64,000 bases of DNA from the NCBI GenBank assembly GCA_964291625.2, contig OZ220089.1:3808001-3872000 (forward strand), read 5' to 3'. Positions 1 through 9,385 of the stretch are shown in pieces. This DNA is from Candidatus Latescibacterota bacterium. GTDB taxonomy: Bacteria; Latescibacterota; UBA2968; UBA8231. Made by a program: the position numbers and the translations under genes. The notes under the pieces are model-generated. The model searched no databases and was not told where the DNA came from. It saw nothing but the letters and a program-made list of their open reading frames with translations. Positions within the stretch are counted from its first letter, which is position 1. Every line of letters begins with the position of its first letter.

Positions 1-999
1 GCCCCGGATGGAGGTCAGAGGCCGGCGCAGCTCGTGGCTCACCATGCCCAGGAACTCGGCCCGGAGCCGCTCCAGGTTCTCCAGCGGCGTCAGGTCCTGC
101 AGGGTCACGACGAAGGACTCGACCTCGTCTTCCCCGGAGCGGATCGGGGTGGCATTCAGCAGCACGCTCACGGGGCGCCCGCCGGGTACCTGGAGGACGA
201 TCTCCTCGACCCGCACCGTCTCCCCGGCGCTCAGCGCCCGGGGCAGGAGGAGCTCGCGCACGGGAATCTCCCGGCCGTCGGCCCGGCGGGCGGTGATCTC
301 GCCCAGGAGTTCCTCCACCGGCCGGCCCGGCTCGTGGAGGATGCGGGCAATCCTCGCGGTCTCCCGGTTGTGGGAGACCAGGCTTCCGGTCTCCGCGTCG
401 AAGACCAGCACGCCCACCGGCGAGGTGTCGATCAGGGCTTCCAGGTTCGCCCGGGCCCGCTGCTCGTCCCGGTGCCGGCGGGCGTTGGCGATGGCCGCAG
501 CCGCCTGGGAGGCGAACATGACCAGCGTCTCCTCATCCTCTTCGGTGAACGGCCCGCCCCCCCGCTTGGCGCCCAGATAGAAGTTGCCCAGGAGAACGCC
601 CCGGTGACGGATCGGCGCGCCCAGAAAGGTGCCCATGGACAGCAGGTCGCCGGTCACGCCCAGGCTCCGGGCGTGAGCCGAAGTGTCGGACAGCCGCACC
701 GGTCCGGGGTGGGTGATGAAGAACTTGTGCAGCACCTCGCCTTCCGGCAGGTCCATCAGCATTCGGCGCTGCTCGGCCGTCACCCCGGAGGTGATGAAGT
801 CCCGGAACTGCCCCCCGGGGTCGACGACGACGATGGCGCCGTAGCGGGCGCCAGTCAGCACCCGTGCACTGTCGACGACCTGGTTCAGGACGATGTCGAG
901 ATCCAGGCTCTCGCTGACACGCAGGCTGGCCTCGCACAGGCGGGAGAGGCGCTCCCGCAGAGCGGCGATCTCCCGATCGCGGGGGTCGGCTTGGGTCAA
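1..999 (-). CDS. GAF-PAS sensor histidine kinase, N-terminal part (runs off window start)
   Basis: Manual minus-strand translation from TTG at 999 (RBS GGGAGG upstream): SESLDLDIVLNQVVDSARVLTGARYGAI...FLGAPIRHRGVLLGNFYL (GAF), LEALIDTSPVGVLVFD (PAS), LRAEFLGMVSHELRRPLTSIRG (HisKA H-box). Absent from the ORF track because it has no stop in the window. Confidence 0.88.
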   Translation of the reverse strand, partial: MTQADPRDREIAALRERLSRLCEASLRVSESLDLDIVLNQVVDSARVLTGARYGAIVVVDPGGQFRDFITSGVTAEQRRMLMDLPEGEVLHKFFITHPGPVRLSDTSAHARSLGVTGDLLSMGTFLGAPIRHRGVLLGNFYLGAKRGGGPFTEEDEETLVMFASQAAAAIANARRHRDEQRARANLEALIDTSPVGVLVFDAETGSLVSHNRETARIARILHEPGRPVEELLGEITARRADGREIPVRELLLPRALSAGETVRVEEIVLQVPGGRPVSVLLNATPIRSGEDEVESFVVTLQDLTPLENLERLRAEFLGMVSHELRRPLTSIRG

Positions 1000-1282
1000 C
1001 TGCTCACCTCCCTCTCAAGCGGTTCGATCCCCTTCCGGGCGGCCGTCCGGTCCAGCCGGATGCGGAAGCCGGGGGCTCCGAAAATGATCACCGAAATATA
1101 GCCTGAAGAAGGCGACAATATCACGCTATTGTCATGCAGTGCTCGCTATGTTTCTTGAACCTGGTTGCCGGGGAGAGAGCTCCGCGCACGGTTCGGAGGG
1201 AGAGCCCCTCCTCGCCCTGCGGACTTACCGTGAGACCTGCATCCCGAACCGCCTTTCCCCTCTTCCAGAGGAGAGTGTAATC

Positions 1283-2039
1283 ATGCGCGGATGGAGAATT
1301 GCCCTCTTGGCCGTGCTCCTGGCGGCGTGTTCCGACGAGCCACGTCGCGCCCCTTCCTCGCCCATCGAGCCAGCACACAGCGACTACGCGGCTCTCGTGA
1401 ACTGGTTCGCCGAGCGCGGCATCACCCTGCCCGACGCCCCTCCGTCCCCGGACGGCCCGGCCGCCAAGGCCGCGCAAGACGGGCGCCTGCTCGGCGATGC
1501 CTCCGGCAACGGCTCGGTCTCCTTCTACGATCTGTGGGTCCTGTTCCAGTACCTGAGCGGCGAGGTGTATTTCGCCCAGCACTTCGACATGGACGCACTG
1601 GATATCGACCGCGATGGAGACAACGACTGGATCGACCTGGCCCTGCTTGGGGACTTTCTCTTCGGCTCCGGGGAGAATCCCCACGGCATCGGGCAGGCCA
1701 TGGAGGCGCGCCTCCCTGACCCCGCACTCGGACACGGTGTCCTTCGTCGCCGACGGAGCCTGGAAGAGGTTCACAGTTCAGGTCGCCGAGGGAGACTCCT
1801 CCGTAGTGGTGGCGGTGAACGGCCTCAGCCTGGACACCGTCTCCCTTGAGATCTCGGCGAGAGCCGAGGCGCCCGGCAACTACTGCCCAGCCGAGCGCAA
1901 CGACGGCGTGACCGCCAGCGACGGCGATGTCATCTGGATCGCCGGCTGCTCGGAAGGCAACAGCAGCATCTTCATTCTGGCACAAGACGGCACGATTCTC
2001 TGGGCGGACGTGTCCGTTCCGGTCGGACCGAGCCAGTAA
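1283..2039 (+). CDS. Lipoprotein with dockerin-like double EF-hand and C-terminal beta domain (copy 1; frameshift near 1705-1712)
   Basis: Lipobox LAAC; GDASGNGSVSFYD and DIDRDGDNDWID Ca-binding loops. The C-terminal half continues in another frame (ASLTPHSDTVSFVADGAWKRF...VPVGPSQ) and is colinear with the intact paralogue at 3721-4503. Confidence 0.75.
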
Positions 2040-2244
2040 CGTGTCGCAAGACTGGACTCAGCTGGGGCCGTCAAGCGGTCAGGCGGCCCCAGCCGGGATC
2101 CAGCGGTCCGAATCCACCGCACCGCAGTCGATGCTCTTGCCCTCGGCCTCGTCGTCGCCGATGCGCTCGTGGCCGAGCCACTCGGGGCTGTACCGGGGGT
2201 GGGGGCCACCTGCCCGGTCTGGGGCTGCATCGGCCGACGCGGCC

Positions 2245-3285
2245 TCACGGCCCCTCCGAGCCGCCTCCTTTCGCGCCGCAGGACTCCCGCACGATCAGAC
2301 GGGGCTCCACGACGACATGGCGGGGGGGCCGCTGCTTCGGGAGTTCCGCCATCAGCTCCAGGGCCGCCTCGGCCACGGCCCTGAAGGGAATCGCCAGACT
2401 CGTCAGGGCCGGCGTCGAGAGCGCTCCCGTCCCCGAATTGCCGCGCCCGACCACGGCCATGTCCTCGGGCACTCGCAGACCCGCCTCTCCCAAGCCTCGA
2501 CAAACGCCCATCGCCGTCGGGTCGCACCGGCAAAGGAGGGCCGTGGACTCTGCAGCAAGCTCTTGGGACAGGCCTTGCGACGGCTTGGCCGGAAAGGACT
2601 TCCGCGGTATGCGCCGGGGGTGCAGGCCATGTGTACGCATCGCCCGCAGGTATCCACGGCCCTTGCTCGAGCCCGTGATCGACCGGCTCCAGTCCGTTCC
2701 GATGAACCCGATTCGCCGGTGCCCAAGCCGGATCAGGTGTTCGGTGGCCTTGAAGAAGCCGGCGCCCTCATCCACGGCGACCCCACTCAGACCCTGAAGA
2801 GGATGGCCGAACGTCACCACCGGCGCCCGGCCTCCCACCGCGTCACGAATGTGCTCGGCCTCTCCTTCCCAACCACTCGCTTCGATCAACAGTCCGTCGA
2901 TTCCCCGAGAAAGGAGCTGGCTGATCTGCATGGCATGTTCGTGCAGGGAAGACATACTCCGCCTCCGCCTGGAGAGACCGATCAGGGCCTGGTATCCGCG
3001 CCTCTCCACGGTCCGCAGGATCTGCTCGACCTGACGCCAGGGCGCTTCCCAGTGATTTCTGTAGGTCAGCACACCAATGGTCCCCGTTCTACCCGTAGCC
3101 ATTCCCTGGGCCAGGACATTGGGACGATAGCGCATCTCCTCGGCCTTGTGGCGTACACGCCTCCGGGTCTTCTCGGCCACCCGCCGCGAGGCCTCTGGAT
3201 CCGAAGAGAGGGCCCGGGACACGGTTGAGTAGCAGAGTCCCAACTCCCCGGCGATGTCTCTGATGGTAGCTGGCCGATCTCTCAT
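2245..3285 (-). CDS. LacI/GalR family transcriptional regulator
   Basis: ATIRDIAGELGLCYSTVSRALS HTH, YRPNVLAQGM hinge, ATEHLIRLGHRRIGFI, GLRVPEDMAVVG, PALTS, PRLIVRES. Confidence 0.93.
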   Translation of the reverse strand: MRDRPATIRDIAGELGLCYSTVSRALSSDPEASRRVAEKTRRRVRHKAEEMRYRPNVLAQGMATGRTGTIGVLTYRNHWEAPWRQVEQILRTVERRGYQALIGLSRRRRSMSSLHEHAMQISQLLSRGIDGLLIEASGWEGEAEHIRDAVGGRAPVVTFGHPLQGLSGVAVDEGAGFFKATEHLIRLGHRRIGFIGTDWSRSITGSSKGRGYLRAMRTHGLHPRRIPRKSFPAKPSQGLSQELAAESTALLCRCDPTAMGVCRGLGEAGLRVPEDMAVVGRGNSGTGALSTPALTSLAIPFRAVAEAALELMAELPKQRPPRHVVVEPRLIVRESCGAKGGGSEGP

Positions 3286-3395
3286 GGACGAAGCTCTCGT
3301 CTGCACCTCCATCCTTGAGGGTAAGATCCCGAAGGTCACGAGTCCAAACCACAACCAGGGATCCAACAGCCCCATCGTTGGGGATCATCCCAACA

Positions 3396-3427
3396 ACAAC
3401 CGGTTGGCACTTCTGCCAACCGGTTGT
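3396..3427. promoter_or_regulatory. Tandem LacI-type operator palindromes (2x CAACCGGTTG) within one inverted repeat
   Basis: ACAACCGGTTGGCA-CTTC-TGCCAACCGGTTGT is a perfect 14-bp inverted repeat between the LacI start and the divergent lipoprotein; CG-centred palindromes are typical LacI-family operators. Confidence 0.65.
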
Positions 3428-3720
3428 CTCTGGAGATTCCCTCTTGTAGTGCCCGACAGCGTCTCCGTAGAGTGGGAGTGTGCCTACGCGCACGTGGCAC
3501 AGTCCTGTCTCGACCCAGGCCGAGGATCGCCTCGTCACCAGCCATCACGTCAGCACGGAGACCCAAGCAGTGCCGGGTCTTCTGCTTGCCACCCAACACA
3601 CGGAGGAGCGGATGGGGGAGAACGAGTCCACCTACGCTGCCCTCTTGGGTGGCCTACAAGATCATCCGTGCCTGCTACGAGACTCACGCAAATCAGCTTC
3701 CAGGGAAGGGAGATACCCCC

Positions 3721-4503
3721 ATGCAGGAGTCGCTTCGTCTATCACCCCTGAAGGCCCTTGTCGGGGCCTTTCTCATCGCGGCGTGCAGCGGCACGACGGA
3801 CCGTCCTGCTCCAACGGCCGCGCTGGTCGACAGAGATTACGAGGACTTCGTGTCGTGGTTCGAGGGTCGCGGGATCACCCTGCCCGACCGGCCTCCCGCC
3901 CCGGAACCGGCGGGCAAGGCCGCCCAGGAGATCGCCATCCTGGGAGACGGGACCGGCAACGGGTCCGTCAGCTTCTGGGATCTGTGGCACCTGTGGAACC
4001 ACCTCACTCAGGGCATGGGCATCGTGTCTTTCACGCTGAACATGAACGCCTACGACATCGACCGAGACGGGGATGTGGACTGGATCGACCTGGGGTTTCT
4101 TGGAGACTACCTGTACGGCGGCTCCGGGGACAACCCTCACGACATCGGACAGCCCATCAAGGAGGACCTGGAGGCCTCCTTGTCTCCGCATCCTGACACC
4201 CTGAACTTCGTCGCCGACGGTGCCTGGAAGAGGTTCGTGGTTCACGTATCCGAGCCAGACTCTTCCGTGTTCGTGATGGTGAACGGTCTGAACGTGGACA
4301 CCGTCTCCCTTGAGATCTCGGCGAGGGACGCAGCTCCCGGCAACTACTGTCCTGCGGAGCGCGCCGACAGGGTGGGAGCCAGCGACGGTGATGTCCTGTG
4401 GATTGCCGGCTGCTCGGAAGGAGACAGCAGCATCATGATCCTGTCGCAGGACGAGACGATTCTCTGGATCGACATCTCCGTGCCGGTCGGCCCGAGCCAG
4501 TAA
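3721..4503 (+). CDS. Lipoprotein with dockerin-like double EF-hand (copy 2, intact)
   Basis: Lipobox IAAC; GDGTGNGSVSFWD and DIDRDGDVDWID loops; RBS GGGAG; same C-terminus VPVGPSQ as copy 1. Confidence 0.82.
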   Translation: MQESLRLSPLKALVGAFLIAACSGTTDRPAPTAALVDRDYEDFVSWFEGRGITLPDRPPAPEPAGKAAQEIAILGDGTGNGSVSFWDLWHLWNHLTQGMGIVSFTLNMNAYDIDRDGDVDWIDLGFLGDYLYGGSGDNPHDIGQPIKEDLEASLSPHPDTLNFVADGAWKRFVVHVSEPDSSVFVMVNGLNVDTVSLEISARDAAPGNYCPAERADRVGASDGDVLWIAGCSEGDSSIMILSQDETILWIDISVPVGPSQ

Positions 4504-4662
4504 GGAGAAGAGTGCGTCACCTGCCAGAAGCAGGTCTGGAGGGCATGAAGGCGAACAGCGTCATGGGGTGGATACGCTTCGCTCGGTGGTACGTACGTCG
4601 TTCGCACCAGTGAGTTGGGAGTGACCGGCCGCACAGGGGGGACTGGCCCGAAGAAGGGCACC

Positions 4663-5571
4663 ATGCAGCGCTGGTGGGTCTATCAGGCGGAGCGGTTCCC
4701 CCTGTTGAGGCACGGGCCGCTGATCTTCGCCTTCAGTTTCAGCGCCGTCGCCTTCTCCTGGATGCTGCGCTCGCCCGGAGGATGGCCCGACCCCTTGTCG
4801 GTGGTGGTCGCCTTCGCCTCGTGTCTGGTCTTCTTCCTGCAACTGCGCATCGCCGACGAGTTCAAGGACTTCGAAGAGGATGCGCGCTATCGCCCCTACC
4901 GCCCGGTACCGCGGGGTCTCGTAACCCTCCGGGAGCTGGCCGGCCTCTTCGTCATCGCGGGGGCCCTGCAGCTGGGCCTGGCCCTCTGGCTGGACGCGCG
5001 GCTTCTCGTCCTGCTGCTGGTCACCTGGATCTACTTCACCCTCATGAGCAAGGAGTTCTTTGTCGCAAGGTGGCTGCGCGGCAGGCACCTGCTCTACATG
5101 GTCACCCACATGGCCATCATGCCCCTCATCGACCTCTACGCCACCAGCACGGACTGGCTGGTCTTCCAGGGCCATCCTCCATCCGGACTGTTCTGGTTCC
5201 TGCTGGCCAGCCTCTTCAACGGCATGGTGATCGAGATCGGCCGCAAGATTCGCAGTCCCCGGGATGAGGAGGAGGGGGTGGCCACCTATTCCGCGGTGTG
5301 GGGCCGGCGGCGGGCGGTGGGCGCGTGGTGGCTGGTGCTGGTGCTGGCGCTCGGTTGCGCCTGCCTGGCGGCGCGGGGCATCGACTTCCTGATGCCTCTC
5401 GCCATGGCCCTCGGGATGTCCTTGGGCGGTGCGGTGCTCGTCGGAGTTCGCTTTCTGCGGCGCCAGACTCCCGGAGCGGGGACCTGGATCGAGGCTTGGT
5501 CCGGGGTCTGGACGCTGGTGTTCTATCTCGGTCTGGGTCCGGCACCGCTACTGTGGCGGGAACTCGGATGA
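4663..5571 (+). CDS. UbiA-superfamily prenyltransferase-like membrane protein
   Basis: Multi-TM; Asp-rich motif RIADEFKDFEEDARYRPYRPVPRG (UbiA DxxxD..RP..G loop); second motif EIGRK...EEGVATYS. Confidence 0.75.
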   Translation: MQRWWVYQAERFPLLRHGPLIFAFSFSAVAFSWMLRSPGGWPDPLSVVVAFASCLVFFLQLRIADEFKDFEEDARYRPYRPVPRGLVTLRELAGLFVIAGALQLGLALWLDARLLVLLLVTWIYFTLMSKEFFVARWLRGRHLLYMVTHMAIMPLIDLYATSTDWLVFQGHPPSGLFWFLLASLFNGMVIEIGRKIRSPRDEEEGVATYSAVWGRRRAVGAWWLVLVLALGCACLAARGIDFLMPLAMALGMSLGGAVLVGVRFLRRQTPGAGTWIEAWSGVWTLVFYLGLGPAPLLWRELG

Positions 5572-8273
5572 CCTTCGTTCTCTCGTCTGCGGACGGTGTC
5601 GATCCCGGCCGCATGGGAGGCAAGGCGGCGGCCCTCTCCCAGCTGGCCGGCACGGGGGTGAGGATCCCCGCCTGGTTCGTGATCACGCCGGGCGCTTTCG
5701 AAGCCAGTCTCTCGACGGCCCAGCGCCGCGCCCTGCTCCGGGCGGAAGGACAGGCAGATCTCGAGGGGTTCTTCGACCGGGTCTCGCCGGCCCCCCAGGT
5801 CCTGAAGGAAGTAGAGGAAGGCTTCGCAACGCTGGGCGATACCCGCCTGGTCGCGGTGCGCTCGTCCGGTGTACAGGAGGATGGAGTCGAGCACTCCTTT
5901 GCCGGCCAGTTCGAGAGCTATCTGTCGGTAACCCGCAAACGCCTGCCGGCCCGGATCACCGACGTATGGCGATCCGGTTTCAGCGAACGCCTCCTCGCCT
6001 ACCGCCGGGAGAACGACCTCGAAGGGCTGCCCCAGGCTCCGGCCGTGCTGGTGCAGGTGATGGTCGACAGCGAGACCGCCGGAGTCGCCTTCAGCGCCGA
6101 CCCGGTGACGGGCCGCCGCTCGGTGGCGGTGGTGTCGACACTCTACGGTCTGGGAACGGCGCTGGTCGGCGGGGACGCCGACGCCGACACCTATCGCGTC
6201 CATTTCGATGGAACGATCCTCGAGCGGGAGATTGCAGCGAAGAGCCTGGCGCACCGGCCGGCCCCGGACAGTCCCGAAGGGTTCGCGGCGCAGGAGATCG
6301 CGGAACCCGCTGCCTCCCAGCCGGCGCTTACCGACGGGGAGGCCGCGCGCATCGCCGGGCTCGCCCGCCGCTCCGAGCGCCACTTCGGGCGGCCCCAGGA
6401 CATCGAATGGGCGATGCGCGGCGGCGAGATCTTCCTCCTCCAGTCGCGGCCGATCACCGCCCTGGCCGCGAGGCCCGACCCCGACGGGGTCCGCACCATC
6501 TGGGACAACTCGAACATCGTCGAGAGCTACAGCGGGATCACCACCCCCCTGACCTTCAGCTTCGCCCTTCACGCCTACGATGGGGTCTACCGCGAGTTCT
6601 GCCGCCTCCTGGGCGTGACCGGGGGCAGGATCGCGGCCAACGATCTCACCTTCCGCCGCATGCTCGGACTGGTGCGCGGCCGCGTCTACTACAACCTCCT
6701 CAACTGGTACCGCGTCATCGCCCTGCTCCCCGGTTACAGCTTCAACCGCCGCTTCATGGAACAGATGATGGGGGTGCGCGAGAGTCTTCCCGACGAGATC
6801 ACCGCTTCCGCATCCGGCGCTTCCCGGCCGGAGCGTGTTCTCGATCTGCTCAGGCTGGGCCGCACCGTGGCGGGCCTGGTCGTCAACCACGTGCGCCTGC
6901 CCGCCATGACCGCCAGGTTCGAAGAGCGGCTGGATCGGGCGCTCGCTCCTCGGGATCCACCCCTGGAGGCGATGCGGCTCGACCAGCTGGCCGCCGACTA
7001 TCGTGCCCTCGAGTCGAATCTTCTGACGCGCTGGGACGCGCCGTTGATCAACGACTTCTTCGCCATGGTCTTCTTCGGCGTTCTGGGCCGCCTCACGGCG
7101 AGGTGGTGCGGCGGCGGGAAGGATGAGCCGGGCTCTCTGCACAACGATCTGGTGTGCGGCCAGGGGGGCATGATCAGTGCCGAGCCCGCCAGGCGCATCG
7201 TCGAGATGGCCGCCGTCGCAGCGCCCCATGCCGACCTGACCGAGGTCCTCCGCCAGGGGGCGGCCGCGGCGGCCGAGCAGGACTTGCGGCGGCACGAGGA
7301 GCTGGCACGACTCTACGACGACTATCTCGCCACCTTCGGCGATCGCTGCCTCGAAGAGCTCAAGCTCGAGTCGACCACTCTCCTCGACGATCCCGAGCCG
7401 CTGCTGCGCTCGATCGGGCACGCCGCGGCCCGACTCGCGCGCGGTCAGACCTTCGATACCGGTCATCAGTCGGCCGTGCGGCAGGCGGCGGAAGAGAGGG
7501 TGGGGCGGGCCCTTGCGCGGCGCCCCTTGCGGCGCGCCGTCTTTGCGTGGGTATTGGGCAACGCCCGCCAGCGGGTGCGGGACCGGGAGAATCTGCGGTT
7601 CGAGCGCACCCGCATCTTCGGCCGCGCGCGCAGGATCTTCCTCGAGGTCGGGCGCAGACTGTTTGCCGAGGGGGTCCTCGACGATCCCCGTGACGTCTTC
7701 TACCTCGAGCGCGAGGAAATCCTGGCGTACGTCGAAGGGGCCTCGCCGTGTGACGATCTGCGTGGTCTCGCCAGCGTGCGCCGCCGCGCCTTCGAGCGCT
7801 ACGCGGAGCACGAGGCTCCGGCCAACCGCTTCGAGACCTTCGGCGCCCCCTACATCGCCAACAGCTGCGCCGGCAGCGACCCGGGGACGGGAGAGCAGGG
7901 TGAAGCCGGGGGAGAAGACGTGCTCCTCGGCCTCGGTTGTTGCCCGGGTCTCGTGCGGGGCCGGGCGCGGGTGATCCGCGACCCCCGCGGGGCGGAACTA
8001 CAGCAAGGGGAGATCCTGGTGGCGGAGCGCACCGACCCGGGATGGATCATGCTCTTCCCGGCCGCCGCCGGCATTCTGGTCGAGCGCGGCAGCCTGCTCT
8101 CCCACTCGGCGATCGTGTCCAGAGAGATGGGCATTCCCGCCATCGTCGCCATCGCCGGCCTCACCACCCGAGTCAGGAGCGGTTGCTGGATCGAGATGGA
8201 CGGCGCGCGCGGCAGGGTGAGCCTGAACCCGCCGCAACCCGAAGCCGCCCCGGAGCAGGGAACCTGCCCATGA
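5568..8273 (+). CDS. PEP-utilising phosphotransferase with PPDK_N ATP-grasp, central domain and C-terminal mobile His domain (RPH/PigC-type architecture)
   Basis: GGKAAAL, VAVRSSG..EDG..HSFAGQFES, PQDIEWA, LLQSRPIT; C-terminal ERTDPGW...ERGSLLSHSAIVSREMGIPA. ATGA overlap with the upstream gene. Confidence 0.88.
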   Translation: MTFVLSSADGVDPGRMGGKAAALSQLAGTGVRIPAWFVITPGAFEASLSTAQRRALLRAEGQADLEGFFDRVSPAPQVLKEVEEGFATLGDTRLVAVRSSGVQEDGVEHSFAGQFESYLSVTRKRLPARITDVWRSGFSERLLAYRRENDLEGLPQAPAVLVQVMVDSETAGVAFSADPVTGRRSVAVVSTLYGLGTALVGGDADADTYRVHFDGTILEREIAAKSLAHRPAPDSPEGFAAQEIAEPAASQPALTDGEAARIAGLARRSERHFGRPQDIEWAMRGGEIFLLQSRPITALAARPDPDGVRTIWDNSNIVESYSGITTPLTFSFALHAYDGVYREFCRLLGVTGGRIAANDLTFRRMLGLVRGRVYYNLLNWYRVIALLPGYSFNRRFMEQMMGVRESLPDEITASASGASRPERVLDLLRLGRTVAGLVVNHVRLPAMTARFEERLDRALAPRDPPLEAMRLDQLAADYRALESNLLTRWDAPLINDFFAMVFFGVLGRLTARWCGGGKDEPGSLHNDLVCGQGGMISAEPARRIVEMAAVAAPHADLTEVLRQGAAAAAEQDLRRHEELARLYDDYLATFGDRCLEELKLESTTLLDDPEPLLRSIGHAAARLARGQTFDTGHQSAVRQAAEERVGRALARRPLRRAVFAWVLGNARQRVRDRENLRFERTRIFGRARRIFLEVGRRLFAEGVLDDPRDVFYLEREEILAYVEGASPCDDLRGLASVRRRAFERYAEHEAPANRFETFGAPYIANSCAGSDPGTGEQGEAGGEDVLLGLGCCPGLVRGRARVIRDPRGAELQQGEILVAERTDPGWIMLFPAAAGILVERGSLLSHSAIVSREMGIPAIVAIAGLTTRVRSGCWIEMDGARGRVSLNPPQPEAAPEQGTCP

Positions 8274-9385
8274 GCACGGAAGCGGCGGCGCAAGCCGACT
8301 TCTCGTTCATCCGCTACGCGCAGTGCTGGGAGGACGCCGACGTTCTCCTCGAGGCGCTCGAGGTCGGCGAAAGCGACGTCTGCCTGTCGATCGCTTCGGC
8401 GGGGGACAACTCCCTCTCACTCCTGTCGAGGGGCCCGGCGCGTGTGATCGCCGTCGACATGAACCCGGCCCAACTCGCCTGTCTCGCGTTGCGCGTCGCC
8501 GCCTACCGCGTGCTCGAGCACGGCGAGCTCCTGCAACTCGTCGGCTCGCGGGAGTGCGCCGACCGGGAGGCCCTCTACAGACGCTGCCGCGGCGCCCTCG
8601 AAACCAGGGCTCGCGGCTTCTGGGATGCCCGCCCGGAGCTCATCCGGGCCGGCATCGGCGGCGCCGGCAAGTTCGAGCGTTACTTCGCCGCATTCCGCAC
8701 GAAGGTATTGCCGTGGATCCATCCCCGGCGTCGAGTCGATCGGCTCCTGGCCGGCGGCACCCTGCAGGAACGCCGCCGTTTCTACGCCGGGAGCTGGGAC
8801 AACCGGCGTTGGGGTCTCCTCTTTCGACTCTTCTTCTCCCGTTTCGCAATGGGCAGGATGGGCCGCGATCCGGCTTTCTTCCGCTACGTGGAGGGCTCGG
8901 TGGCGCAGCGCATCCTGTCGCGCGCCAGGCACGCCGCCACCGAGCTGGACCCGGCGGCCAACCCCTACCTCCAGTGGATTCTCACAGGCCGCCACACGAC
9001 CGCCCTGCCCCACGCCTTGCGCCAGGAGAACTTCGACGCCATCAGGGAGAATCTGCACCGGCTCGAATGGCACCGCATGTCGATCGAGGAACTCCTCGCG
9101 TCCGAGCCCGGGCTTCGCTTCGATCGCTGCAACCTGAGCGACATCTTCGAATACATGTCCGACGAGAGCTTCCACCGGCTGCTCTCCACCCTGGCCGGAC
9201 GCGCCCGCAAGGGGGCCCGATTCGCCTACTGGAACATGCTGGTGCCCCGCAGCCGGCCGCCGCAACTGGCGCACGCTCTCACTCCGCGCCGCGAGCTTGC
9301 CGAGCGGCTTCACCTTCAGGACAAGGCCTTCTTCTACAGCCGGTTCGTCGTCGAGACGGTAGCGGAGGGAGGAGGGCCGCGATGA
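8270..9385 (+). CDS. DUF3419/BtaA-family SAM-dependent 3-amino-3-carboxypropyl transferase-like protein
   Basis: IRYAQCWEDAD, SIASAGDN, VDMNPAQ, GKFERYF, NLSDIFEYM, AYWNM, DKAFFYSRF; ATGA coupling. Confidence 0.85.
   Translation: MSTEAAAQADFSFIRYAQCWEDADVLLEALEVGESDVCLSIASAGDNSLSLLSRGPARVIAVDMNPAQLACLALRVAAYRVLEHGELLQLVGSRECADREALYRRCRGALETRARGFWDARPELIRAGIGGAGKFERYFAAFRTKVLPWIHPRRRVDRLLAGGTLQERRRFYAGSWDNRRWGLLFRLFFSRFAMGRMGRDPAFFRYVEGSVAQRILSRARHAATELDPAANPYLQWILTGRHTTALPHALRQENFDAIRENLHRLEWHRMSIEELLASEPGLRFDRCNLSDIFEYMSDESFHRLLSTLAGRARKGARFAYWNMLVPRSRPPQLAHALTPRRELAERLHLQDKAFFYSRFVVETVAEGGGPR

Noticed and set aside
34-1101. 355-aa plus-strand ORF
   Set aside because: Antisense shadow of the minus-strand histidine kinase; no motifs.
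5523-7811. 762-aa minus ORF and many similar long overlapping ORFs (e.g. 24728-27166, 33993-35861, 38797-40590, 59948-61690)
   Set aside because: Stop-poor shadow frames expected at this GC content, opposite well-supported genes.
5568-8273. Rifampin resistance gene or true PEP synthase
   Set aside because: No pyruvate-binding barrel, and the lipid-operon context argues against rph; only the architecture is shared.
8270-9385. Canonical DGTS betaine lipid pathway
   Set aside because: No btaB methyltransferase adjacent; operon content differs.
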